A DNA stretch of 64,000 nucleotides, taken from positions 1,197 through 65,196 of the forward strand of contig JAFGSV010000019.1 in NCBI GenBank assembly GCA_016934325.1. The letters are read 5' to 3'. The position numbers and the translations under genes are program-made. The notes under the pieces were generated by a model, which saw only the letters and a list, made by a program, of their open reading frames with translations, was not told where the DNA came from and searched no databases. This DNA is from Candidatus Aenigmatarchaeota archaeon. Lineage in GTDB: Archaea > Aenigmatarchaeota > Aenigmatarchaeia > QMZP01 > JAFGSV01. Positions 52,701-61,900 of this stretch are shown here, one piece after another. The first letter of the stretch is position 1. The number at the start of each line of letters is the position of its first letter.

Positions 52701-55700
52701 TGTTTATGAATGGCGAAGAGAAATTCAGGGTAATGTTGACCGCATAAGCCGTGGCATTCTCGACGTTGGTGGAGTTGACGAACACGCTGAACGATTGGCC
52801 TTTGAAATAAGTGATGATGTCCGCGGTGAAGTTTGCTGGGCTGACGTTCAGCGTCAGGTTCGTGCCGGAGACCGTGACGTTGATGGGCAACTCCTCGTAC
52901 CCGCCATTGCCGCTGCTGATGTTGACCGTCCCCGAGTAATCCCCGCTGGGGTATCCGCTCTCGACCTCGAGCCACATCGGGACCTGGCTCACGTTCCCGG
53001 GGGCCATGGCCGTGATGTTCGGAGGAACGAAAGTGAAATTGAACTGGCTGACGAAGCCGGTCACGTTGAACGTCACGTTCTCAAGCTCAGCATTGCCGAA
53101 GGACCTCAGCGTCAGGTTCGCGATGTTCTTCGGGATGCCCGCGGCCACGGTGGCCGAGACGTTCTCCTCGAGGACATCCAGCACATGGGTCGGCGTGACG
53201 TTCACGGTAAGGTAGGTCTCGTTGAAATCCGATGTTGGGTTGGTGTTGTCCCAGGTGACGTTTATGAGCACCGAGAAGTTCCAGGGCGCAGTCGTCTTCC
53301 AGACTGTGATGTTGAAATCTCGCGAGCAGGTCTTGGATATCAGCACCATTCCGCAGGATGCGCTGGAAGAGTCCGATGTCAGGTTCTGGGGCAGGCCGAG
53401 ATTGATTGTGGTGTTGTATGCCGTGCCGTTCTCGGTGTTGGTTGCATTCACCGTCACCAAGAAGCTTTGATTGTTTATCCAGGTAACGTTCGAGGCGATA
53501 TAGCTCGCGGGGAATACCGATATGGACATGTTCGTCTCCAGCGCCTCCGTCGTGAAATCCTCCGTGCCGAACCCTTCGTTCCCCGTCTTGTTCGCGCTGC
53601 AGTTGAGCGTATATAGCCCATAAATCAGGGGCGATTTGAATTTCACGAAATAAGAGCCGTTGTTGAGATCCGTGATGTTGTCAGGATGGACATCGAACAG
53701 CTCCGTGGCCCCCCGGTATATGGAGCAGTTCATCGTAGCGGCCGGGTGCCACACGTCCTGCCTGAACGATAACACATCGACTGAGGCGTTGACCGCCCTT
53801 CCGGATATCCCGGTGGGGTTATAGATCGTGACGTTGACGAACAGCTCCTTCGTCACGTTGAATTGCTTCGACGAGATGTTGAGCAGGACAAGGTCCCCGT
53901 CATAAAGCCACGCGATCGCTTCCCATTTCCCGGTATTTGCGGTGTAGGCAAACTGGTAGGTGTTCGTGTATACGCCGTCTCCCGCAGTCAGATCCCCGTT
54001 CGTGCCGTCATCATACATGGTCATGTTTATGTCATCATCCGGGGACGGTGTCCCGTTATCGAGAGACAGGTTGACGTATTGGAGCAGGCTGTATGGGTCG
54101 TAGGTGATGTTGACGGTGATGAAAGCTGTCTCGTTCCTGTTGTAAATGTCCAGGTCGGTCTCCGTCCTTGAGGCCAAGGTCCGCTGGCCGAAGCCTCCGA
54201 CGACAATGACTGGGGGGCTCCTGATGGCGTCCTTCAGGGCCAGGAACTCGTCGGTCTGCCCGGTTCCCTTCCCGAAATAAGCCACCGCCTTCTCGGTTAT
54301 CGATTGGCCGGGGCTCACGGTTATGGCGCTGAGCTGAATGCCGATCCTGTCCCCAGCCGAGTTGTTGGTCGCGAAGAAGTCCGCGGCCGTCTCGTTTAAA
54401 TTGATCACGCCAACAAGATCACCATAGCTCGACAGCGCATAGAACCATGAAAACGGGTCGGTCTTGTTCCCCTGATCGATGGACGTGACCGAGCCGCCGT
54501 ACGAGCCCCAGGAATCACCGACATCGAAGGCGAGCGCACCTGCCTCGGTGGAGTTCCTGTCGATGCCGTAACCGGCTGCGTTGGTGAAGTTCTGCTCGAT
54601 CTTGATGAACGTCCCGGTCTTTTCCTGTCCCGCGTGATTGTAAACATAATATTTCTTGGTCAGCATGCCCTCGTTGGTAGGCAGGCTCGCATTGCCCCAA
54701 TAAGTCTCATTCCCGGTCTGGACAATGGTGAGCCTCACGGGCCCCGGAACGAGGGTTACGTCGTCAAAAAGCCTGAAGCCGAACGAGTCCGTGCCGTTCG
54801 AGTATTCGATGTATTCAACTGTCTTCATGTACTCATAGTCGTTGAGGAAGATGAACGGCGGGGAACCTCCCGAGTATATCTTGAAAAGGCCGCTGGCGTT
54901 CTCGCTCCTGTTCGTGTCCAGGAAGAAGTACAGCCTTGTAGTATTGAAGTGGAACTCGTCCCCGCTCCAGACATACGTCAGGTTCGTGGCATAATTTCGA
55001 TATGGCTTCGCTCCGTTCTCAAGGGTGTCGAAATGCATGTAGAAGACCCTCCTTGTGCCGTTAGTTGTTGTCCCGTTCATGATGAACACGGCGTTCCCTG
55101 CCGCATTCGTAAAAGGGTCATATGACGACAGCTGGTCGAACTGGCTGGGCAGCTCATGCATCGCTCCGCCCGAGAGGTTGTACTCGACGAGCCTGGTCGA
55201 GTTCTCGTCGAACGTGCCGCTCGCACCTACCTGCCTCAAGACGTCTGTGAAGTTCAAGTCCCATTCAACGGGCCAGTTCGAAACGTTGGAATCGCCGGTA
55301 TCGACAACGAACCTCATCCTGTAGCCCCAGGTGTCGTTCCACCACTCGTATCGATTCAGGTAAATCCCGTCGCTGTCCGTGACGTTGAGCGTCTCGAATC
55401 CCCCGGCCGCGCCGTCGCAGAGCACGTTCCAGCTGAAGTTGCCAATGTTGCTGAACGTCCTGTTGTACGCGTAAAGGGATGAAGCCGCGTCAAAGTACAT
55501 CGCGGCCGGGGCGCTCCAAGCACCGGTTTCGTTGAATCTTATCTCGCAGTAGACCCCGCTTCCGTTGATGGGCTCCGATGAGGTCAAGTTCGTGAAATTG
55601 GCGAAGAAGAAGACCGGCTCGTTTATGAATGCCGGCTCGTTCCCGCCGAGCGCCTCGCTCGAGTCCCAGACCCCGAGCCGCGAGTCGGTTCCGGTGACGA

Positions 55701-55794
55701 ACGCGAAGAAGCCCGTGAAGGCGGGCTGCAGGTAAATTCCTGCAGCTAACAAAGCGGCCACGACAAGTATCTGCAACAGCCTCATCCCTAACAT
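49513..55794 (-). CDS. Giant surface protein B (2093 aa): signal/anchor, sequon-rich ectodomain, Pro/Gly linker, membrane-proximal CARDB/NEW3-like domain, helical stalk, TM, SHOCT-like cytoplasmic tail
   Basis: N-terminus MLGMRLLQILVVAALLAAGIYL. Very frequent N-x-S/T sequons (NFTNLT, NGSG, NETG, NRTF, NFSW, NVTD...). Linker PPGPQPPGPTPGPEGPEGPEGGG. TM ITMFMIPDWVLTLVMLLIISILVLVILLS (49783..49869). The 89-aa tail ends KIIKVLNLLEKEYNQGIISENAYKELRKRNMEKLKALGW. Confidence 0.85.
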   Translation of the reverse strand: MLGMRLLQILVVAALLAAGIYLQPAFTGFFAFVTGTDSRLGVWDSSEALGGNEPAFINEPVFFFANFTNLTSSEPINGSGVYCEIRFNETGAWSAPAAMYFDAASSLYAYNRTFSNIGNFSWNVLCDGAAGGFETLNVTDSDGIYLNRYEWWNDTWGYRMRFVVDTGDSNVSNWPVEWDLNFTDVLRQVGASGTFDENSTRLVEYNLSGGAMHELPSQFDQLSSYDPFTNAAGNAVFIMNGTTTNGTRRVFYMHFDTLENGAKPYRNYATNLTYVWSGDEFHFNTTRLYFFLDTNRSENASGLFKIYSGGSPPFIFLNDYEYMKTVEYIEYSNGTDSFGFRLFDDVTLVPGPVRLTIVQTGNETYWGNASLPTNEGMLTKKYYVYNHAGQEKTGTFIKIEQNFTNAAGYGIDRNSTEAGALAFDVGDSWGSYGGSVTSIDQGNKTDPFSWFYALSSYGDLVGVINLNETAADFFATNNSAGDRIGIQLSAITVSPGQSITEKAVAYFGKGTGQTDEFLALKDAIRSPPVIVVGGFGQRTLASRTETDLDIYNRNETAFITVNITYDPYSLLQYVNLSLDNGTPSPDDDINMTMYDDGTNGDLTAGDGVYTNTYQFAYTANTGKWEAIAWLYDGDLVLLNISSKQFNVTKELFVNVTIYNPTGISGRAVNASVDVLSFRQDVWHPAATMNCSIYRGATELFDVHPDNITDLNNGSYFVKFKSPLIYGLYTLNCSANKTGNEGFGTEDFTTEALETNMSISVFPASYIASNVTWINNQSFLVTVNATNTENGTAYNTTINLGLPQNLTSDSSSASCGMVLISKTCSRDFNITVWKTTAPWNFSVLINVTWDNTNPTSDFNETYLTVNVTPTHVLDVLEENVSATVAAGIPKNIANLTLRSFGNAELENVTFNVTGFVSQFNFTFVPPNITAMAPGNVSQVPMWLEVESGYPSGDYSGTVNISSGNGGYEELPINVTVSGTNLTLNVSPANFTADIITYFKGQSFSVFVNSTNVENATAYAVNITLNFSSPFINTSNTTNYECGNLGSSESCPGSYLITVSNGTPSGNYTVNVSVIWDNPEIGMRMNSSLVDIFVLSNVTVIIPEDVLNGTVTHGTTGIIGNFTMNCTGNDPVEGMEFTVLDPLSELDDFTIKVIPNITATAGGNLTPGSFVRVNLSVSVPLSYPPGEYSGLLNITSDNGGYKTLSMAVNVPASRTWAVPDPADLFCEHSESPEEGVLCNVTINNSGNVNITFNIYPATSSSSMFNYTWTEFVNFQVENQTAFKFSVFYNISGANITLYNASYNISAVQGSPSHLNLTVILSPNIAPLIGVSAVPGIIPQLGNLEIWANVTSQSGIPINFTRIYMTRPDDTVDSILMRRFGSSTDPYEYLIGYPFDSVNGTWGDSTLRGNYTFSVYTEDNIGLNKTANGSFYAYAVMDVSLQTARSSGLYYQGETGTIDCHVTDLSGSDLPGVNVSIGIMDPTNRTLNLNNANFITNTNGESDTLPNFALFSDSPTGIYNMTATSVFNDTPISYIVTNTTKSYFMVVESQPGIVQLELEGLDRIAQTSEDLSIVAILTNGVENIDPDSISATLYTSTGFPLDPGFPVRMGPGRYNWTVDSEFLAAGIFRWEVTASYKGKNVTKDLFQRLVGALFDVNVTETDNTIPDLQALAKLTNTGDEEVDVDLAWNLTIRDTGENLRAGGTTVKVAANSVLDHYIDIPGITYLGWVKITVIIQYGPYRAGAFWEFETVEEGPPGPQPPGPTPGPEGPEGPEGGGIGPAPKPQMEIVDYPEEITTEVGWAQYPSVTVNNTGTTTLHNIRIRIDGIPSSWYTVEPLMLPLLNPGVGKTFVINLIVPVGTEARQYFGTINATANETYDEELTSIIVFGSREELVRYQLKKLKEEFKDFREDVNATAEEGLLDLSRVYDIIDEIQNQIDMTEGYLDAKMFDEALNAVTTGWRLLERGRELLLAAPPLRAITMFMIPDWVLTLVMLLIISILVLVILLSRYRKRIERTFKREVPEVTAAKEMIGAGPAMKGKYVEKDAAAAARKEEEKAKIIKVLNLLEKEYNQGIISENAYKELRKRNMEKLKALGW

Positions 55795-55798
55795 GCCA

Positions 55799-57823
55799 TC
55801 ATTTCTTCAGCAACATCCTCTTGCTCTTTTCATAAGCCCTTCTGCTGATCTCCCCGTTCTTGTAGGATTCCTGGAGCTTAGCCAGCATCATCGCCTTGCT
55901 GTGGCGCTTCCCGCCACCGCCGCCGGTTGCCGCCGGATCTTCGCCCTTCTGGGCCTTCGGCTTCGAGTAGGACGCTATCTTGGCGTCGATCTCCCTTATC
56001 CTCTGCAGGTTCTTGGTCTTGGCGCTGTTGAACTCCTCCTCCGATATGTCCTTGTTGCGCAGGTTCTCCTCCAGCGTGCTCAGCAGCGTCTCGATCTCCT
56101 CCTTCTCCTCCTGCAGCATCTTGGCCTCGGGCGGGAGCTCGATTTCGGTAGACTTCGCTGCCTTCATGGCCTGTTCCTTCACTTCGGAAACCGCCTGCTT
56201 GACGACTTCCATGTCGTCCCTGGTCGCATAATCCGACAGCCTCCTTGTCACGTCCTCCATGTTCTTCATGATGTCCGCCAGCATTCCTTCGGTCTTGTCC
56301 TGCCTGACCCTGTAGGTGTTGAATTCGTCAAGGCGCTTCCTCAGCTCCACGTACAGGCCGTCCAGCTTTGTCGAAGCCGCCTTCATCCTCTCCTCGATCT
56401 CCTGTATCCTCTCGAGCTTCTCCCCCACGAGCTTGCTGCCCTTCATTATGTTCTCCAGGCTTCCGATATCGGTCATGAGGCCCTTTATCCTGTTCATCGT
56501 GTCGGAGAGCATCTTCCCGCTCCTCTCGAGCCTCTCTATCCTCGTGTTTACGTCCCTCATCTGCTCGTCCCTCGTCGTGAACTCCCTCAGAATCCTGGCC
56601 GAATCCACCTGCGATATGGCGTCCTTGAGCTTGTCGAAGACGACCTCCTGCTCCTTTGATTGCGCTTCCCTCTGATATACGATCGACCTGATCTCGGCGA
56701 AGCTCTCCATCATCCTCTGGATCTTATCATCAGTGACGTTCTTTGCTTCCTTCATGCTCTCGACCAGGGCCTTGCTCTTCTCGACCTCCGTGTTCATCTT
56801 CGTGAACTGCTTGTCAAAGCCTGCCACCGTCTCGCCGGCCTTCTTCAGGTCCTTCAGTTCCGATTCTATAGAGCTGATCCTGTCATCGACCTTCTTGATC
56901 CTCTTGTCCGTCATCTCAAGGCTGGCCGCGGTTATGACATCCTTCATGCGGTCCCCTACCATCTTCTCGAAGTCCTCAAGTACCGGGACTGAGGAAAAGA
57001 TACCTGGCCTCTGGGTCTGCGCGGCCGCCTCCGTTGGGGCTTCGGGCCGTGCAGCTCCCGTCACGACGACGGGCCTCTCCTGCGCGGCAGCCGCGACCGG
57101 CGCCTCTTGCGGGGCGGGCCTCTCCTCCACCTTCACGCCGGAGGCTTCCAGCCTCTTTATCTTGTCCTCCAGCTCCTTGAGCTTGTTCTCGTTCTTTGAC
57201 CTGACCTCCTGGTAGGTCTTGTCCGGGAGAGTGGCTTCCCTGTAGGCATCCTCTATCGAAGAAAGCAGCGCCTCAACCTCATCCTTCTGGGCAATAAGCT
57301 CTGACATGGTCTCCACCGGATTCTCTCCTGGCGCCGTCTCATCCTTGGTGGTCTTTCCATGTTTTCCCTTCTTCTTTACGGGTTTTCTTCCCTTCTTCGG
57401 CCTCGCGTCCTTACTATGACCTTTGACATCATTCCGGGATCCTGCGCCTTCGGGCTTGTCGTCGTCTGGCGCCCCTTGCGTGCCTTCGTCTGGTTTCCGG
57501 TCCCCTTTTCCAGCAGCTTCAGTATTTCCCCCGGAGTCAGATTCCTTCGGCTTATCGGGCCTTTTTCCAGGCTTCGATGAATCGCCTTTGGCACCAGCCG
57601 CGCTCAGGCCTTTAACCCCCGTATCTGAATCTTCCTTTCCCTCCATAACACCAGCCTCCTTCTGCGCCTCCTCGTTATCCTTCCCGCCGCGCTTTTCAAG
57701 CATGACGCGGAACTTGGACCCGAACCTCTTCCGCAGCCCGCCTATGCCGCCTCCGTCATCCGTCCGATCCGCATCCCGCCGGGCATCGCCGCCCGCTCCC
57801 GTATCCTCGCCTTTGCCTTTCAT
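55799..57823 (-). CDS. Coiled-coil protein (674 aa) with highly charged disordered N-terminus and SHOCT-like C-terminus
   Basis: N-terminal ~170 aa are G/K/D/E/P-rich. A central helical region follows. SHOCT-like segments are LLSSIEDAYREATLPDKTYQEVRSKNENKL, LLSTLEENLRNKDISEEEFNSAKTKNLQRI and the C-terminal MLAKLQESYKNGEISRRAYEKSKRMLLKK. The stop lies 4 nt before the giant B start. Confidence 0.75.
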   Translation of the reverse strand: MKGKGEDTGAGGDARRDADRTDDGGGIGGLRKRFGSKFRVMLEKRGGKDNEEAQKEAGVMEGKEDSDTGVKGLSAAGAKGDSSKPGKRPDKPKESDSGGNTEAAGKGDRKPDEGTQGAPDDDKPEGAGSRNDVKGHSKDARPKKGRKPVKKKGKHGKTTKDETAPGENPVETMSELIAQKDEVEALLSSIEDAYREATLPDKTYQEVRSKNENKLKELEDKIKRLEASGVKVEERPAPQEAPVAAAAQERPVVVTGAARPEAPTEAAAQTQRPGIFSSVPVLEDFEKMVGDRMKDVITAASLEMTDKRIKKVDDRISSIESELKDLKKAGETVAGFDKQFTKMNTEVEKSKALVESMKEAKNVTDDKIQRMMESFAEIRSIVYQREAQSKEQEVVFDKLKDAISQVDSARILREFTTRDEQMRDVNTRIERLERSGKMLSDTMNRIKGLMTDIGSLENIMKGSKLVGEKLERIQEIEERMKAASTKLDGLYVELRKRLDEFNTYRVRQDKTEGMLADIMKNMEDVTRRLSDYATRDDMEVVKQAVSEVKEQAMKAAKSTEIELPPEAKMLQEEKEEIETLLSTLEENLRNKDISEEEFNSAKTKNLQRIREIDAKIASYSKPKAQKGEDPAATGGGGGKRHSKAMMLAKLQESYKNGEISRRAYEKSKRMLLKK

Positions 57824-57857
57824 ATCCTTAATTTCACCTCATATTTTTTATATCGGG

Positions 57858-58968
57858 TCACATCGCCTTCACCCGGTTGCTAACGGATTCTATGTAGCTC
57901 TCCGCCATCGTGAAAAGCCCCTGCTTCAGCTTGTCCCTGGCGAGGTTGAGTTCCACCTCCACGTCGCTCGTTTCGACCCCCCTCTTCTTCATGTCGTCGA
58001 GCTTCTTCTGGATCTCGTCGACCGACTTGCCTATCTTGACGTACTTGTCCAACTCCTCCGCCGTCAGCCTCTTGGTATCATGGAGCAGCGGCCTGAAGCT
58101 CACGAACCACGGCTTCCCGTTGTTGTAGCTCGCGTTCTGCATGAGCCCCGTCCCCGTCACGAGCTTGGTGATCTTGCTGGCATAGTCCGGGCCGTACTTG
58201 GTCTTGACCCTGTTTATGTCGCCCTCGTACTTCGTCCTGAGCTGTATCTCGGTCGATATGTTCGCCCTTATGGCTCCCCTGAAGTCCATGAGCACCTGGG
58301 ATATCATGAATATCCCGACGCCCCACTTCCTGAACTCCCTGCACGCCCTCTCGAGCACGATATAGCCGCCCTTGCCTCCATATTTCGGAAGCAGCCTGTG
58401 GACCTCGTCGTATATGAGCATCATCCTCATCTCCCTTGCCTCCGGCAACCTCATCTCGAAAAGGCTCTCGACGCTCCTCCTGACGAACTTGTCCATCTCC
58501 TTGTTGGGAAGCTTCTCCGTGACAAGCACCGTCATCTCTCCCTTCTTCTCCATGATATCCTTCCAAGGTATCGGTTGGTCGCCGTTCTCGATCATTATGA
58601 TGTTCACCTTGTAAGCCCTTGCGTCGTCGGGCTTCATGCCGAACTGCGGGTAGAGGTTCAGCATCGCCGGGTCCTTGCATGGCCTCATGAAGCCGGTCCA
58701 CTGGGCAGTCGGGTCGACAACGACTATGGGTATGCCTCTCTTGAGCAGCTCCTCCGAGCAGACCTGGGCCGACACCGACTTCCCGGCGCCCGTGGAACCC
58801 GCCGCTATGCTGTGGGTGGTGAGGTCGTCAAGGGTCATGTACGCCTTCATGTCGGTCTCGGCGATCTTCCCGACCAGAAGCGACCTGTCCCCGGGCTTGG
58901 GCAGCTTTCCGACATCCATCGGGAATATGTACCTGGCCTTCGATTTCTTCTTCTTCCTGTACATCGAG
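57858..58968 (-). other. Cytoplasmic HerA/FtsK-superfamily ATPase domain of giant protein A
   Basis: Walker A AAGSTGAGKSVS (about 58776-58802), Walker B MLIYDEVHRLLP (about 58387-58420), GVGIFMISQVLMDFRGAIRANISTEIQLRT, and a C-terminal coiled-coil ELDKYVKIGKSVDEIQKKLDDMKKRG. The motif order parallels the stand-alone ATPase at 31453..32742. Confidence 0.75.
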
Positions 58969-61900
58969 AAGAACCTGCTGCCGAAGTAGTAGCCGGGGAT
59001 AAGCGCAAACAGTATCGCATACGTTATCCAGCTCGAGAAGATGGACATGAGCATCTTGATGGGGAGCGGCACGTATATTATGTCGAAGGAGTCTATCGCG
59101 AAAGCCTGCTTCCTGCCGTCCCAGTAAGTCGCGTTGATCTCGATGACGTACCTTCCGAACGATGTGTCGGCCGGTATCTCGATGGACTTCTTGAAGGTCT
59201 TCACGTTCTCTATTGCCAGCGTCTCCCTCTTCCTGATAATGACGTTCTCCGTCTCCAGGCTCTTGATATCATAGGTCACGACGATGTCGTCGATATCTGC
59301 CGTTTCCCCCATGTTCAGCAGGGTGACCTCCAGCGTGAGGTTCGTGCCCGGCTCCACCGTCTTCGAAAGCGCCTTGACCCCCACGTCGAGCAACGGCTCC
59401 TTGGGCCTCTCCACCTTGACGGTTATGGGGGTGACGTGGGTTATGTTCCTTTCCCTGATCCTGGTTATAATGTCGCCTGTGTATATCCCCTCCATCGTCG
59501 ACGGCAGGGTGAACACCTTGATCTTGACAGTTCCCGTGGAGCTTCCCCTGATGTCGAAGACCGGCCTCTCTATCATGACCAGCTCCCAGACATTGCCCTC
59601 CACGCTAACGTCCACCGTTATCGCGCTGCCCAGGTTGTTGGTGACGTCGATGCTGTGTATCTCATGCTCCCCCGGCCTGAGTGTCACGAATATGAGACTC
59701 GACTTTATTTCCACCGGGACCCTGGGCACGCCGACGGCCCCCACCGCGCCGGCTCCGACCCCGCTTGGCCCTCCGGGGGTCGGGGGTTTAGGCGGGACTG
59801 GCTCGGGAGTAACATGCCTGCAGTCCTGCGGGCAGTTGGCGTTAGACTCGCCGTAGTCCTCCTCGCACTCTCCGTTGCCGCAGACGTACTCGGCCAGCGC
59901 GTACGCATCCCCGATCGAGGTCATGAATGCCGCCAAGGTGGTGTTCGACGGGTAGACAGCGACGTTGCTCATCCTGGTCCAAACGCTTCCGCACCCGGTC
60001 CTCCTCGTCCAATTGGTGCATTGGTAGATGCCCAGCACTTTCGGGCTGGCGATTTCATCCTCGAACTCGCTGTAGTTGAAAACCAGAGTGGCGTTGGTCA
60101 TGTTAAGCGTGGTGTTGACCGTGATGCCCCTGAACAGCCCCCTGACGTTCATGCCTATCAGTTTTGTCATGATGTTGCCGAAGCACAGCGGGTTGAAGAC
60201 ATCCGATTGTATGCCGACCCCCCTGATCCCAAGGGATTCGTTCCACAGGTGCAGGTCGATGTTGTACACCCCGGAGTCGATCGTCTGGTTGTAGGTACCC
60301 GCCTGATCGGTGCTGAAGTTGAAGTACGACATGCCTTCGATGTAATAAAGGCTGAAATCAACGCTCAACGGGTCCTTGGGAGCCGTGTCCTCTTCGTCAA
60401 CCGCCTTACCGTGGAACAATATGAGCACAGAGACCAGGAAGGACGCGGAAGTCCCGTTCATGTTCCCCGACATGTCGTAGACCGTCGCGTTTACGTAGTA
60501 ATCACCGGTCTGCGAGGTGTTCGTGAACTGTCCCTGATACGTGTAGGTGTCTCCTATCCTTCCCAAAAGGTAGAGGGAGAGGTTCTCGGTTACATTGTGA
60601 TGGCTAACCGTGGCAGTCACGTTTTTCACGCCGCCAGGCTCTATTATGTCAACGGTTACCGTCGCAATCGAGTTAAGCGAGACCTTCGGAGGAACGCTTA
60701 TCGATATGTCCGGGGGTGAGGTATCCGTGTATATCACGGACTTGTACGCGACATCCCAGTAATAAAGGCTGGTATTGGTGCCATTCATGGTATAGTTGGC
60801 GGAGACGTTCAGGTCGTATCCCCTGTCCAGCTCCAGGTCTGGGGCGGTGAAATTGATCAGCCAATAGCTCTCGTTGGTGACGTTGTCCAAGATCCAGATG
60901 ATATATGTCAAGTTGACATTGAAGGTATCCGTTCCGTTAGAAAGGCTTATATTCCATGCTACGGTGTCGTTCGAGGTTATCGTGTAGTTCCCGTATGTGA
61001 GATTCGCCATCACCCGGACGCTGTCGTTCCAATTCACATTCACGACAGGGTTTGACTCGGTCGGTGATAGGATGTCCACGAAGTATGGGTGCACGGTTAA
61101 GTTCAGGACGGTGGTCTCTATCTTCTCGCCAGCCTCCGCCGTCCAGTTCCTCGTCCTGGCATAGGCGTAGAAAGTGGAGAACTGGCTCACAACCGGCGCC
61201 GTGTAATTGACCTCAAGCTGCCGTGAACCGCCGATGGGGATGTCGATAATCTGCTGGTCCTCTTCAAGCACGAAGTACTGCGGGTATCCTCCGGTTCCCC
61301 TGTAAACGTCGAGCTCAAGATAAACATTCCCCAGGTTCTCGACATATATCTTGCCGAGCGTGCCGTTAGTTCCCTGGATTACGGTCTTGGCGAGCTGTGG
61401 AGTCACCGACCAGGTCAGGTTGGTGGGTATCCTCACGTACACGTCGATGTCATCGTATACCCCCTCGTCGCTAGTCACTTCGAGCATGCCGGAGTACTGC
61501 GCAGCGGGATAGTCCATCGGCACGTAGACCCCGACGCTGATGTTGGCGATTTGCCCGGATTCGAGAACGGACAGGCCGGGAGGCACGAATACCGTGCTGA
61601 AGTTCACGCACACCTCGCCCATGACGCAGTCGAAATCGATGTTTGTGACGTTGACGTTCCCGACGGATTTCACCTGCATCGTCTCGTTCCCGTAAGTGAC
61701 GTTCATTATCCATATGGTGATGTTCTGCCCAAGTATCTCGATGGCCGGATTCGGCTCCACCACGACGAGGACGGTTGTGGTGCTGTTGCCGGTCGTGCTG
61801 TCTATGTTTGTCCATCCGGCTGTGAAGTTGATGGTGTAATTTCCGGCCGGCGTTCCATCCGGCACCGAAAGCGTTATGTTCCCCTCTTTGCTTGAGTTCT

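Noticed and set aside
57423-60719. Very long plus-strand ORF (1098 aa), and similar ones at 52462..53616, 62049..63227, 51421..52215 and 49420..50319, opposite the giant-protein genes
   Set aside because: They are R/G/P/H/V-rich with low complexity and no motifs, and lie antisense to ORFs with clear domain structure, TM segments and Walker motifs. They are typical shadow ORFs of GC3-rich genes.
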